DNA of 38,907 nucleotides from Catajapyx aquilonaris (taxonomy: Eukaryota): NCBI GenBank assembly GCA_000934665.2, contig JYFJ02003679.1, positions 1 through 38,907 of the forward strand, given 5' to 3'. A program made the position numbers and the translations under genes. The notes under the pieces were generated by a model. That model did no database searches. It worked only from the letters and a program-made list of their open reading frames with translations, and had not been told where the DNA came from. How positions within the stretch are numbered: position 1 is the first letter of the stretch; each line of letters starts with the position of its first letter. This document shows positions 1-13,662 of this stretch, piece after piece.

Positions 1-1410
1 AAATCATATACCTGTCTTTAACATGTTCTATTGCTGTCGAACAATGCGAGTAATCTGGAATGATGATAAAATTATATTTACAGAACCAACAGAGTGGGTT
101 CAATCACTGTGGTCGTAAAAATGCTCTTTAGTTTAAATGAAATTGTGCAGAAATATATTGCATTTTTGATGATTACAAAATTAATACTTCGTTAAAAATA
201 ATAATAATAGTGTGTCTGGAACCAGTAGACAATGTAATTTCGTACAGCAATTTAAATTATTTTAAAATGCTTATCAGCCAGAATATTTCACTTCAGTTTG
301 AAGCCAATTTATCTCAGTAACCAGACATCGTAAACCAAATCAAACCCTTTATGAAGTTTGTTGAATTAATTATGAAACACCGTTTTATACCAGGCATATT
401 TTCCAATCAAAAAATGAAGGCAGGTGAGAACTTATGATTTGAATAGATTCAAAACACTTATTCTTGCGACTGTTCCGTTTGTGTTTGGTGCTGGTTCAGT
501 AATATTTGAAGCACCTTGGAACTTGAAAGCACATTGAAATTCATGTTTCTGCAGTATAAAATATGGACAATTGCCGGTAAACTTACTCCGGTGGTGTAAT
601 AAAATTACCCCCGCAAAACTACTCCGGCCGCACAGTTGGGCAGTGCTTGACCTAGTTTATATTAGGCTTACTATGCAGTGCATAGGTCGGATTTTGCAGA
701 GTTTCACAGAGCAGATATAGAAGCACCCGTTTTGTTGCTGCGAGGATTATAAATAACTCCATGTGAAGATACGCATGCAGTGCACGATTGTATACAAAGG
801 TTACTTTACAGGCTAATGCGCACAACCCAAGTCTACAGTTCAACTTAAGAAGTTTTGCATCGCTGACCCGCAGCATCTTTGTTCCTTCACTTTGAACTAG
901 TTGTTGGAGTCAGCAGTTCCTACAACTAGGACTGTTAAATATTTTAAAATGTGAAAAATTTGTTTATACTGTAATTCTGGCACCTCTCTGATGTTTTATT
1001 TGCAGTTCGTATCACAAGTTCTAAGCTATTCCTCTTACCACTTCTGGAACTGTAGTGATGTATCATCCTGTGCAGAAAACCGGTGCGGTGTACAGGTTCA
1101 CACAGCATTCGTGTGAAATGCAAATTTAAGTAACTGCCTGTATTTTTTTAGGCGGCTAACCAAGAAAACGTTACTTTATTTTGTTTTTCTCGTTACTTCC
1201 ACCTGTGGTGAGTCCCCCGCCCCTCACCTCCACATAAACATCCATATTAATTAAATAAACCTGCGCGCGCTGGATATCCTCCCCCTACAAGTTTGTAAGT
1301 GCAGCTAGATATGGCTTGTACTAAAAAACCATTATTGCAGTGTGGGAGTAGAGGAGAGATCAATATTTTGGCGTAAACATCTCGGCCGGATGTAGCAGCT
1401 GCAGGTTTTG

Positions 1411-1432
1411 CCCCCTCCCCCTCCCCTCCCCC
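1411..1432 (-). other. Canonical G-quadruplex motif (C-runs on + strand)
   Basis: ccccc-t-ccccc-t-cccc-t-ccccc: four G-runs with 1-nt loops on the minus strand. Motif only; folding is not shown. Confidence 0.6.
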
Positions 1433-1706
1433 TTTACCTCCCCACCCATCTTGGCAGCAAGTACAGGGTTGTGATTTTGAGCTACAGGAGAAGAATGGCC
1501 CCAGTCGACGGTTTTGGAAAGGAGGCTTCAGAGCTAGAGAGACAGAGAGTGGGAGGGATGGAAAACGCAAGCGCGTCGTCTGAGGATCAGGTGTCGGAAC
1601 CCAGAGGACCCTTTTCAAACAAACGACTATCGTACCAAAACACTCATCGGAGCCCAAAGGAAACTGCGCAAACAGCACACAATTCCAACCCACACCCAAC
1701 CCTGGA

Positions 1707-1722
1707 GGGTGGGCGGGCGGGG
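1707..1722 (+). other. Canonical G-quadruplex motif
   Basis: GGGTGGGCGGGCGGGG: four G-tracts with single-nucleotide loops. Confidence 0.6.
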
Positions 1723-2274
1723 TGGCAAGGGCTCCAGAGAGAAAAGGAACCCAGGCCTATATACAGTTGCTCAAACTTCCGGGCACGAGGGAATATAACC
1801 TGAATTATTTTGGGACCCACAGAGAGGGGTGTTTGCAAACAAAAAAAAAAAAAAGTAATTCAATGCTGTAAAATCCTCTGGTTGTATAAGCTGTAGGTTT
1901 TGCAAAGCACTTTACAGATTCGGCGGTCAGGTCATGTGAGAATATCTGTAAATTTTAAATCAACTAGTAACGCGCTTGGTGTTCGTAGCATCGTTATTGT
2001 CGCTTAGTACAATTTTTGCATTACACGTGAAAGGGATGATGAGTTACTGAAATACTTGGCCTACGTAATCAAGCCATAACTTCTGGGGTCAAGGTTATAT
2101 AGCAGGAACCGCGGGTTGAGTTACGGCTATTGGAAATGCTCTAGTGCCATAGACGTCTCTGGGAGGTCACATTGAGGAAGAAATAAGAAGGCGGAAGCGA
2201 TCCAATGTTCTGACGAAGTGCCAAGAGGTCCGAAACCATGTCCAAGCCGCGACCAGAGATCGCCAGATCCTGTT

Positions 2275-2314
2275 CCCCTTCCCCTCCATACCCCTCACCT
2301 CCCCCAACTCCCCC
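2275..2314 (-). other. G-quadruplex motif (five C-runs on + strand)
   Basis: cccc-tt-cccc-tccata-cccc-tcacct-ccccc-aact-ccccc. Confidence 0.5.
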
Positions 2315-5300
2315 TATATGTTTTTTTGTTCGGATGATAATAAAACGACGGAAGTCCCAGCGGTAATAAACCAGCTCCAGGGTGGGTTGCATTGTCACAG
2401 AGAGAGATAGAAATGGGAATGGTGGTCCAAGACTTTTGACCCCTTCCACGCAAATTCTGTCTTTTTTTCCCCCAAAAAATAAATCAATTAGGGTGAACTT
2501 GGGAGGAGAAAATTAAACAACGCGCTCGAAATATTTATATACACTTCATACTGGCGCAATTACTTGCGACTTTTGTGAGACTTCTGAAGATACAGTATAT
2601 TTTACTGCCCGCTGCATTCTTGCCAACTTGTGAGCTGGAAAAGTGTTTCTGTCTAGCTTCTTCCAACTAAAATTTATCAACAATAATAATTGCAGATGAA
2701 CGCGAGAGGATTGACGCAATTGAAATTGCTTTTAATGACTGGTAATAATGACTCTTTACCATTTTATGTAACATACCCTAAGAAGATTTTATATTAGTGC
2801 ACAAATATGGTAGGCTGCAACAAGATCCTGCCTTATCAAGTGAAACAACTTCTTTTGAACTGATTTCTGCTCCAGCATTGTTAGCTACTATATGTACTTT
2901 TAGAACGGCATTAAATAATTAAAATTGTTTAATAAATTATATGTAATCATACAGTAAAAATTAATCAGTAATTTTGTAATAAAATCTCATTTTAATGATA
3001 ATTTATTAAAACTGGCACATACCAGCAGACAGTGCTTCAACTGTCTGAAAAATAAGGCCTTGATGGCCCGCACTAATATAAGCAATTACAAATCCTGGAA
3101 GCACCCTGTATGGCTGAGGAAGGGGGTCATTGTGCCCCGGATTCAAATCTCCCCTTTTGCCTAAAGTGGTGGATAAAGCTGTTGCAACGCCCAGTTCCCT
3201 CGTCACCCCGGATTGCAAGGGGAAAGACAAAGGCCGGCATAGTGCGGGGCCCGAGATAGGAGAACAAATGAAGAGAGAAAGTGACTCTCTTAACGAGGTT
3301 AGTCATGAGGAGACAAGCCTACCCCCCCCCCCTCTGTCTCCCTTTTGCAAAAGCTGGGTTTGCAAAATGTAGTAACAATAAATTAATCACAAGCCTTGGC
3401 AAGGCAGGCATTGTATCCGTTGATCCACAGATTTATGCTGAAGGAATCTGATTAAAGTTTACCTCCTATAGTGAGAGAGGAGAAGTAGCTTTTGTAGCCG
3501 ATTTGATTGATGGATTGGCTGAGAAGCGACTTGATAAGCTAAGCGATAGCGGAAGTTGAAACGTTAGTTATTTTTTTTCCCCACTCTTTAAAAGTGGGGG
3601 AGAAAGTTGTGGAGAGGGAGAAAAGTAAGGAAGATGGTTGTCAAGAAACATTATCAAGTAAAGGATGGAAATTGAAAAGGAGTTGGGGGAAGCCACTTTT
3701 GGGGCCCACCATGAGTGAGAGATGGTCAGCAAAAGTTGCAGCTCCTCTTGGTCGGAGCAGAGGCCCCCGCTCATTTAACATCTCATTTTCGCTCCACTTT
3801 CCTCGTAAATCTCGTCCTAAATAGTGCACTTGTTTTTATCTGGTCGTCTCCCTCCATGATGTGGAGTCCGGAGAGGGGAAATGTGGCGTGGATTGTTATC
3901 GACTAACGCGATTTTTTAAAAACAATTAACCTCGCTTCACTCCTCGATTTTAAGAAAAGTTAAAAGTTGGATTGTAACATATTGCATTAATTGTCATGTA
4001 AATTCAAATTAAATTAAGAAACGTGCAGACCAGTAACAGTTCAGAGAAATTAGCAGATTCTACAAAATAGCAACTATTGATAAACATCCTACAATCTTCG
4101 GATAATTAAATACTGCGTGCAAAATATTAATAATATTAAATTAGTTGATAAAGTAATCAGCTGAATATTTAATTTAAGCCCGTTTTCTTTACTATTGTAG
4201 AGTGATACTGATTACGCATATAATTATTCGCAACTATAAACTCTCATTGTGTATGCATTATTAGAAATATTATTTTAAGACATCTCTTTTCAGATATTAA
4301 TATGGCCCATTCATATCTCTTAGCGACCATTTGCTTTCTTCTAAATCATTAGCCATCTGCATGAGATCGGAGCTGGAAGCAGAATTAGATGACTGGCTCC
4401 TGTAATTAACGTATTCCATTAACGTCATTATTATTCAGAGCTAATGAATCTCACCAGATAGTATGCCTTCACAGTTGATTTAATGAAGCTCCTAAACTGT
4501 TTCGCTTGTGTTAAATCGCTCACTATGAATAATCGCCAGCAACTAGGACATGCTAAAATTTTAAAAAGGGCCCGGAGAAATTAAAAACCCCTCGTTACAG
4601 TGTGTTTGTGTCCATTGGCGCCCAGGGGGGGAGAAAATTTTCAACTAACTCGAAGGGCAGTGTTTTGGCCATAATAAGGAGCACAAAAAAATGTGTTTGT
4701 TTTTTTCCCCCTCACTGGTTGTGCATTAATTGCATCCTGGTAAATGCCTGCGCGTTTATTACTTTTCAAATCGCCGGGTAGTTCTTTCGGCCGAATTTAT
4801 TAGGAGGTTTTGGGGCCTCCAAAAATTCCTGCGTTCCAAAACTCTTTATGGCTGCGCGATGTAGAACCCATTCTCGCTTTATGTGCAATGGGAGGTGAAC
4901 ATTAATCCAAACCGCCTGACTTTGCCAAACGAGTTTTAATCGGGTGCATGCTCCAACGAGCTATTACCTTGCAATTCGCCTTAACTTCGCACTATTTAAT
5001 AAATTGTAAATACATAGTTGTATGAGAGTATACGAGCGATTGATTCAGCTCGTTTGCTTTGCATAATATTCCAGTCTTCATCAGCTGTCTGACTTAAGTG
5101 GCAGAATCAACATGTAACAAATTATTTCCAAAAGGAAGTTGCTATACATAATTACGCAATTTCCTGTAATATTCTCTGTTGAGTCAAGTGGAAGCCGAGC
5201 TGCCCTGGAGTAAAAGGCAAAGAAGGGTCGATTAAGTAGTTGCCTAAAAGACAACTCGCAGTCCTGAAGAGAAGAGGTGACTGGTGCGTTTCGTATGCCA

Positions 5301-8300
5301 ACATCTTGCCACATTGCCAAATTGGGGGTGAAAACACAAGCGACCTATTCTATTTACCGAACGAATAGTGAAGAGGGGGTGGGAGGGAGGCTCTTCCTTT
5401 CTCAAACAGCCGCTGGCTTCATAATCCTGTCTGTTAAGTTGATTGCGAATCCCCAAGGCAAAGTGGAATTTACTTGTAAACTTTGCGCCTAATCAAGAAC
5501 GACAAGCCAGAACAAGTTTCAAGAGATGGGGAGAGGGGGTGGTGCTGGGACTTGAGGGGGGGAGAAGAGAGAGGATTTTGTTGGCTCCTGGGGAAAGTCG
5601 ATAGGGCGCTCTTTAGCCTTTACTTTCCGAAGGTGCAACATCACCACAACAGGTGAAAACAAGAGGCCATGATCGGTCTCAATAGGTGTCAATAGTGTGT
5701 TTGGCATAAAATAATGAGTAACAATAAGATTTTAGTGAACAGCGTCACTTAATGTTTTGCATTATACGTGTGGAAATAAAAACGGTGCTGTGGTGCATGT
5801 CTAGAGATTATTTTCTTGGTCATTACCACAATTACTTTGCTACTGAACCGCTCCTGGAATACGTACAAAAGAATCACGTCCATGGATATGGTGTCCTAGT
5901 TAATGACACCGGTATTGAATATCTCATTACTGCGTGCTTATACCGCAACGGAAAAATTCTCTCAAGATTCTTAGCCAACTTTTCTGCCTGATGCTGGTAA
6001 AAAAAGGGAACAATAATGGTGCAGGTCGTAGTGCGCGCTCTTTCTCGTTACCAGCCCCCGGCTTATATAAAACTTGAGCAAAATGGTGCAAGGCATGCGG
6101 AGGCGAATGGCAGATTTACCTGGGATTTTGTCCCCAATTCGGTGGGGGTACATCGTTGAAACAGATTATTCGGTGGGGTCCGTACCAAATATGCCCGGAA
6201 TTGTTTCTCCTCCAGAAAGCGTCTTATACATGTGTTTCATTTCAAATCCACGACGTGACGAGGCTATTTTACACCAATTTTTTCCCCCCTTACAGCTCGT
6301 AATAACCAGCTGGATGATTTTTTTCTTCTTCTCTCTATTTCTCGTCTGTGCTGAGCTGCTCCCGGGAATTATCATCGTTCATGCCCTGTGCTATTTGCAG
6401 CCTTAGAGACCCAAGGCGGCGGCGGAGAAGGAAAAAAATTTATTCTCAGACATCGTTCTTTCCTTTTTTTTCTTTCTTCTTAACCCGCTCTTCTCTCCGG
6501 GCGCGGTGGTCATTTGGTGGGATTACTCGCCTGACGTTTTGTTCCGGAATTGAAATTGAATTTCTCGTTGGAACAAGAACGGGGAGGAAGGGGGTTGTGG
6601 GGGGGGGGTGGAGGGTTGCTCACCTTTTGCTGGTTTCCTTCTTGAGATGCCCCCGTCTGATAAAAAGGAAAAAAGGCTTTCTAGAATCCCGGAGTTACAA
6701 CCACTCTCTTAACTGTTTGATTGGATAGATTCTGTGTACAGCTTTTTTCGGTTGGAGGAGACGCCGAGTTTGAATTGCGGATGACTTTTAAGGAGGCTTT
6801 TAAGGAAGTTCGGGCCAAGTCGAACCTATATCTCTGAAGACTTTTCCGCAACATTTTTGTTATTAATGTGGAGCCTTTAGCTATAGTGCGACAACTCATT
6901 TTAAGAATATAGAATGAAGACATCTGAATTGAAATACAGAATCGGAGACTTAACCAATTTGGAATTATTCGCATCAAAATTTAGTAGACTATTACATCGA
7001 TGTAAGCCCTTAAATTCTCCATGCAATCCAATATTCTTAGTTGTAAAACCAAACTCACTAACTGAATCGCTTCGTTCCACAAAAATACTCCTCACTAGAT
7101 AGCTTTGTATTGAATATGAAACAAATGCCTTAAAAAATTATACTCAAGGACACATATTCAGGATCCGAAACATCAATATTTCAATGTATTTTCATGAAAT
7201 TCACAAAATGAATAAACCAAAAACCCAGCTGTCATTAAGAAACACTCTATAAAACTTTACCACTAGTTACCCCTGCATTGGACATTATTTTTATATACAG
7301 CCTTCCATGTGGTAAACGTCCCAATTTCGTGCAAGTAATTAGATAATTGTTGAATTTTCATCATTCATTGAGCCATATTCTACCGCCAGCGTAAAAGTTA
7401 GGGTCAGTGATTTGTATGGTAATTATTTATGCAAATCCAGATTATGCATGCACCATCAACCACACATTGTTTCCTGAAACAGCATCTCCAAGTTGCAGTC
7501 CCTATAGTTCAATGCAACCTCTTTAATGACTGATTGTTTCTTCCAACAAATTTTCTTACTTTTAAATTAGTTGATGGAGTGCAGCCACGTATGTTACTCT
7601 CTGAATTGGGTACTTGGGCAGTTTTGTCGCTCACGTTTAATTTTCGGCAGAGAGAGGTTGACGCAATCTGACCAGGCTCATGTCTCCCACACACAACCGC
7701 GACATTATAGGCCTACACACACACCAACATGCAAAATTTCCAGCCATGCTAAAAGTTTCAAACGGGTAAAAAGTGTCACCTCGGTGGTCAGGTCAAGTCA
7801 CTTTGAAGCTGGCAAAGCGTGGCCCCCAGTCCCCAGCACACGTCCTGCAAAAGGGCATTTCGAATCAGATTAACGCCGCGTATCAGCAACGCAGAGAGCA
7901 TGGCGCTTCCTGATAACAGCTTGCGGAGATTCGTCAGTATTCATGAGATACAGGGAGTAAATGGCAATATTTTGGAGCCTTGGTTTCCCCCCCTCCCTCT
8001 GCTTTAAGTATATGTAATTTCATTAAATTTTGGGTTGGAGCTGGGGTGCACCTCTTGCCAACTTTATGGCCCTTGGTATATGTCCCCAGCCGTCGGCTCT
8101 TATCAGTAGGCCACCTCGTATTCTCCCTCGGAAAGTCGCACCGGAGACAAGTGACGAAACTCTCCCTCGAGAATAACCAGCCTGGTATTTGCTTTGCCGG
8201 AAAACCTGTCCTTATCAAAACCCGCACTTTGTTCGGGATCGTAATGGACCGCAGTAATTATCTCACAGTATGACAAACGCCCGGTCCTTGGCACCATCTG

Positions 8301-9965
8301 TCGTTTCGCGGGCGATCACAGTGTTCGTGTGCAAATCTGAAGACACCCGTTGTCTTGCTTAAGTCTCCACCGGATTTCGCTTCCTGGAGAGCTTTCGGGG
8401 AGCCAGAGAGAGAGAGTCTGTTTCTAACAAGATCCACCTGCAAACTTCCCGCGTGAGCTATCCCAGGCGACTCCATTATTTGAGAGTGTGCGGGCGCGAT
8501 CCTGTAATTAGGAGGCCGGGCGTAAATTTTCCCCTAGAGTTAAAGACAGGACAATTGCCCCCTCGGTCTCATAAATCACCCAGTCAAAAGTTTCCTCCGG
8601 AGACTGTGGAAGGGGGGGTGGGGTTCCTTCGCCCAGGCGACGAAATTGCAAATATTTTCCGGGAAGTTTGTGCATTCCTGAAGCCACCCCCCCCCTCTTT
8701 TGCTAAATGTTAGGAGGGGGGCAACTAGTCTGCATCCCCATTATCTGCAAGGGGAGACTTGCACCTCTTTTGTTGGAATCGGAACCCCCCCACACAATGT
8801 AAAGGCTGGCCTCGGTGCTGTGCAGTTGGAAAATTATGCATGTGTCACCTCTCGTGTATAAGCGGCATTGCGTGGCGGATTATTCCATTCTTTAAGGCGG
8901 GTGTTGAATCGAGATTTTAGTTGATTACCGGTGCCGGTGGGTTAAACGGGCTTAAAGGAGACCTTCAGCTAATTTGAGCAAGATTCAGATAACGAGCTTC
9001 ACAATAATTTAAAAATGGTATAGCTCGGGTCACAAATTTCCAGTTTTATACCCATTTTTTTTGGATTGAATGCTACTTCTTTTTCCTTGCGTTTCCGATG
9101 AATGGAAACTTAATTTATCGTAGCTTATTGCTTGAGGGAAATGTGTCCGTCTGCCAGCTAACACCGTGTCTGATTTAATATCTTGTCGTCGTTGTAGGAA
9201 GTACCCGAGGCCCGTCTCGTCATTTGAGAGCTTATCAACGGGACAGTAGGATGTGAAGAAAGGAGGGTAGTTAACCTCATTCTCCCCTGGATCTACCTTA
9301 TCAGCTCCTACACCTTCGTTTCCCTTAACAGTAAAACTTCTTACTGTCTCCGGGCGGCGACCCACCCAGATAAAAACATTCTGCTCCTATATTGATTTTT
9401 TTTCTTTCTTTTTTTTGCTCTGTCTCGTTCTACGGCAAGACAAGACGAAAAAGGTGGCTTTTGCGAATTTTTTTTACAATGTCATTAGAAAATAGGAAAG
9501 ATGGGCCTTAAAATTTTACCTCAACAACTTAGCACATCTTTACTTAATATTTATCTGAATTAATAATGTTTTTTTCACATTTTTATGATAACTAAGGATC
9601 ATAATATAATCATATTGAATGTCTCAGTTTGATTTACTCCGTCCATGATCCCAATGTTTCAGCCCTGATCTCATGGCTGACATTGAACACACGACGACAC
9701 ATATCGCTCGTTTATTTGTGTATATTTTCCAGGTCAAAGTGAGCAAAATGTCTCCCGTGAGAATCGCATCCGGAAATATATATCCAGCTTTCGGAGTACA
9801 GACATTCTGGGGGTGGTGGGTTGAAGGTGGGAAAGGAAGATGCGGACTGGAACATGAAGCCAGTCCCTTGCGAAATCAAAGCCGCCGTGCTGAATCTTGA
9901 TTCGAGCCCATCAAGAAAAATAAGCCATTTTTTTGCCAGTCCCTTTTTTCCCTATACATACGGTA

Positions 9966-10145
9966 CAGGGTGGTCTACCATGAGACGGAAAATTAGGCAG
10001 GTCTGAAGTAGCCTAATCAGATTGTGCACAAATATGCAAAAAAAAGTCCAATTTATTGAATGTGAAAAATTTTACTGAAACAACCGGTTTTTGTGTAAGC
10101 AATCCGCAAATTTTCTAGCCATTCCTTGAAATGTGAACTACCCTG
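9966..10145. mobile_element. Candidate decayed Tc1/mariner-like MITE (180 bp)
   Basis: Begins TA|CAGGGTGGTCTAC and ends GTGAACTACCCTG|TA (reverse complement CAGGGTAGTTCAC). TA lies on both sides (9964-9965, 10146-10147). The termini match at only 10 of 13 positions. Confidence 0.35.
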
Positions 10146-11861
10146 TAGGCATCCTCCTGAAATACATGGGCTAGACGGATTTTGACTGCGTGTTTTTCCC
10201 CCACGATGATGGTCACTCCGAAAATACAGTATGTCGGTCACATATTTCCCTCCCACCCTACTGCCCAATTCCAGGCCAAACTACCCGGCAATCGTTTATA
10301 TGATGGACGTACGAAGGCCGGGAAGTATTTATGGACTGGTTGGGACTTCATGTATTGAATTGAATCTCGCATTCCGTCGGTGGGAGGGACAGCTCTTGAA
10401 GGTGGGGCTGCCAACATACTCCTCTTATTTTTTTTATTTTTTATTTTTGCGAGGGTTGCCAGGCTTGCCAATTCCGGTCGATTGCGTACTGCGTGCAATG
10501 CGTCACGATTTGGCCGATTTGGCACAGGGTGAGTCGGAGCTGCTAGTCACCCAGATAAATTTTTGGTGATATTTATTTGATGGTTTTGCCACTTTTGAAT
10601 GCAATATTACGGACGTCTGGATGAGACGAAATTTCGATTCGCAGCTGCGAAAAACGTGCGAATAACTTTGAAGTTGAATGACAGCGACAGGCCGGAACAG
10701 CAAGGCAAACACACTATATAGTCGCTTACAAAATCGCCGGTTAGAAATGTTCTTGTGCAGTTTCCGTGAAAATCCTCGGTAACAGAAGTTTTGCACAAGC
10801 TCTGGCTGTAGTATACGTTGCGATAAAGTATACATGAAGTAGTACAGTATAGTACTGATCGTTACAAGTCAGGGTTACGTTTCCGGAAATTGATACGTTT
10901 GGCAAGTATATTGTAGAGAAAGGGACAGGAATGTGCGCATTTGAATTCAAGACTGAAATGTCCGGAAATAGCACATTGCCGTCCTAGGAATCAATGTTTA
11001 TTCTATAAGCTTGTCTGGTCCTGAGATTTCCATAATTTATACCATATCATGCAGCGAATGATACAAAAACAATTTCATCCAGCTTCCGGACAACGTCTGG
11101 CAAAATACAATTGCACCTGAAAATCTCTCACATTACGGATTCCTGCAACCAGTACAATAATATTACTTTAATCAGAGTTCAAAATAGGTTTTGAGAATTA
11201 TGGGGATACTAAAATTTCATACGTCTAAGTGCAACTGCGTCCTGGTGCTCTGTGGCCTTAAATGAATTTAATAATATGAGCATCATTCAAATAGTTTTGT
11301 TGTGAACGTGTACATTTGAAAGGGTTGAATCAGGGCCAATTTTCAGAAAATTAAGTCAAACATGAAGCTTCCTAAATGTAAACATGTGGGTATCATTTTG
11401 TAACATGCGATCATAATCCAATTTTTGGTCACACAGCATATACACAGTAGAAATAAATATCCAGTTTAAAACTTGAGATCTTTTGCACTTTGAGAATCAT
11501 ACATCAAAACAGTAGTAACTACATTACACATATTTCGAGTGCTCTGAAATATTTGCAAACCTAATTATACCTCTCGATTTAGCCCTCTCTCCCTTTGAAT
11601 ATACTTTACTACACAAGTCGGAGCATCCCATGCAAAAGAGCGCAAGGATTTCATTAGGACACCGGGCGTACTGATGGGATTAGGAATAAATAACGAAGTT
11701 GGGACAGATGTGCCGTGTAGTCCTGGGTCTAAAGGAGGTCTCCTAGTGAGAGAGAGAGAGGGAAAAAAAGTACTGGGAAAAGAGGTAGGATGGAAATTGG
11801 GCAGAGTCTTCGTGCGTGGAGAGACGCACCGATTTACCATTCCAAGGGTTGTTTTTTTTTA

Positions 11862-11880
11862 GGGTGGGTGGTGGGTTGGG
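11862..11880 (+). other. G-quadruplex motif
   Basis: GGGTGGGTGGTGGGTTGGG. Confidence 0.5.
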
Positions 11881-13538
11881 TGAGATTTATTGGCAACAAC
11901 TACTTTGATATTCTTGGGATTGCCGACTCGCTACGACTTTAGCCTGATAGCTTGAACCTCGGGCTCGTTGGAAGAAGCTGGGAGACATTGATCCAGCGCC
12001 GTGTTCCACGACCCAAAGGCGATAAGGAGATTTTGCCTCGCCTTTGCCTCCTCTTTTTCCCTTCCCAAGGACCACCTTCCAAATCTTGTTTACTGCTTGC
12101 TTCCATTGATTTTTTTTCTCTCCTTTCCTTTTACTAGGTTCCAACCTCAGGTAAATTTCACCTGCGCACAAACCCTGTTTTTTTATTGGGAACACGATTG
12201 CCATTATTTTTGGACTCGGATTCAGTGCGATATTACGTCACTCGAGGCGAGCGATCAACTCACCCTCGGCGTGCAGTTTTTTTTAAAATCGCAATGACGC
12301 TGACGTATTGGCAAGTAATCAATTCGTTGCGACACTAATCTAGATTCATGGGAATAAACGGCAGGGTTTTCATGGCTGATTCTGTCAATATTGATGATAA
12401 AATGATGCTTGCTGTTGCAGAATCCTTCACAGTATTGTCACACCGAGCTGCTTCTGTAATTTCTAGTTAAACCTGGTGTTTTTGTAATCAACACTGTGCA
12501 ACTAGTGGTCAGGGGTTCAATTTTACATCTATGACTACGAGATATTTCGAGAGTGATGGATACTATCGTTATCTGCAAACTAATTAGGCACATTATACCG
12601 TATACCAGGATGGTCACAGGGGCTGCGCAAGAGGACCCACGTTGGAAATAAGAATTATTTTTTGTCCTAGGTGCACGCCTCCATCCCTTCCCGTAATGTT
12701 CTTTTTATGCAAATGTGCACCTTGCTTGTTGCTTCTTACTTTTTTCTTCTTCTTCTTTATCTGCTTCTCTTCTTGCTGTTCTTAATTAACGCGGACCAAG
12801 TTTGTTGCTTATGTGACTGGCGTTCCCTCCTTGCTCATGCTAGGTTTTTTTTTTCATGGCGGTCCATTATTACCAGAGTTCACCATTTACAAAGTATGAC
12901 CGTCATGTGAACTTTTAAAGTACTCGGTACGCTGAGTATGTAGTTGTAGTAATTCAACGTGGTTTCAATTTTCATTGTTGGGGGTTCGAGAAGAGTACGG
13001 AGTGTTTGGCAGGATTGGAGGTCGTCTAAGCAGTGTTCCTTATTAGCCTATATCAGTTTTCAATCTTGGTCTGAAACTGCTAATTAATACTGAACGAACC
13101 TATAATACCGGTATGTTTAAAGTGAATATTGACCTCTGCAGGGAATCAGATTCTCCAAAATATCGTTATGAAATTACGAGATAAAATAAGCTTGATATTA
13201 TATGTCACTGCAAACCATTTGTGCAGTGAATATTGCACGATTTGCATTAGTTTAAAATTTCAATGAAATATTCCATGCTGCCTATAGGCTCAGATTGTAC
13301 TCCAAAAATTGTTATAATTAGTGCATGCAACTGACATGGAATATTCCAACAGAATTTTTAATGAGTAAAAATGATGCAATTAACCATTTGCTTCAAATAA
13401 AATGCAGCAAAAAATTTACGCAATTAGACACTGGTTTGGGGGCCACATAAAAGTGGAAAAATGTTAGCAAAACCTCAACTTTCAACCACATTTTTATAAA
13501 TCCAATATCAATAGAGAAAGCCCTGCTTTTGCTATTTA

Positions 13539-13662
13539 GGGCCAGTTTCACGGAGCTCGGTATGATAAAACCAGGTTTCTTTCTGAAAATCCATACAAAA
13601 TTGTATGGATTGTTAGAACGAAACCTGGTTTTATCATATACCGAGCTCGGTGAAACTGGACC
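13539..13662. mobile_element. Palindromic MITE, PIF/Harbinger (Tourist)-like, 124 bp
   Basis: Near-complete fold-back: left GGGCCAGTTTCACGGAGCTCGGTATGATAAAACCAGGTTTC vs right-arm reverse complement GGTCCAGTTTCACCGAGCTCGGTATATGATAAAACCAGGTTTC, centred on CCATACAA-aa-TTGTATGG. Flanked by TTA at 13536-13538 and 13663-13665. A 3-bp TTA/TAA TSD and GG-starting termini are established PIF/Harbinger hallmarks. Confidence 0.85.

Noticed and set aside
12..54. Possible 43-nt minus-strand exon (ttccag|...AG|gtatat; one open frame YSHCSTAIEHVKD)
   Set aside because: Splice-like signals this weak are common by chance, and there is no recognisable homology or partner exon.
897..929. Small hairpin CTAGTTGT-t-GGA...TCC-t-ACAACTAG
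   Set aside because: Short isolated stem within chance expectation; no reason to call a terminator in eukaryote-like DNA.
10139..10160. TACCCTGTAG resembling the 5' end of miR-10
   Set aside because: Only the first 10 nt match, and I saw no precursor hairpin.
10452..10470. AGGGTTGCCA, resembling a hAT-type MITE terminus
   Set aside because: No matching inverted terminus or 8-bp TSD found.
9124..11920. Partial matches to miR-137 (TTATTGCTTGAG, ~9125) and miR-190 (TTTGATATTCTTGG, ~11904)
   Set aside because: The matches are incomplete (the miR-190-like one lacks the seed), and no hairpins were seen.
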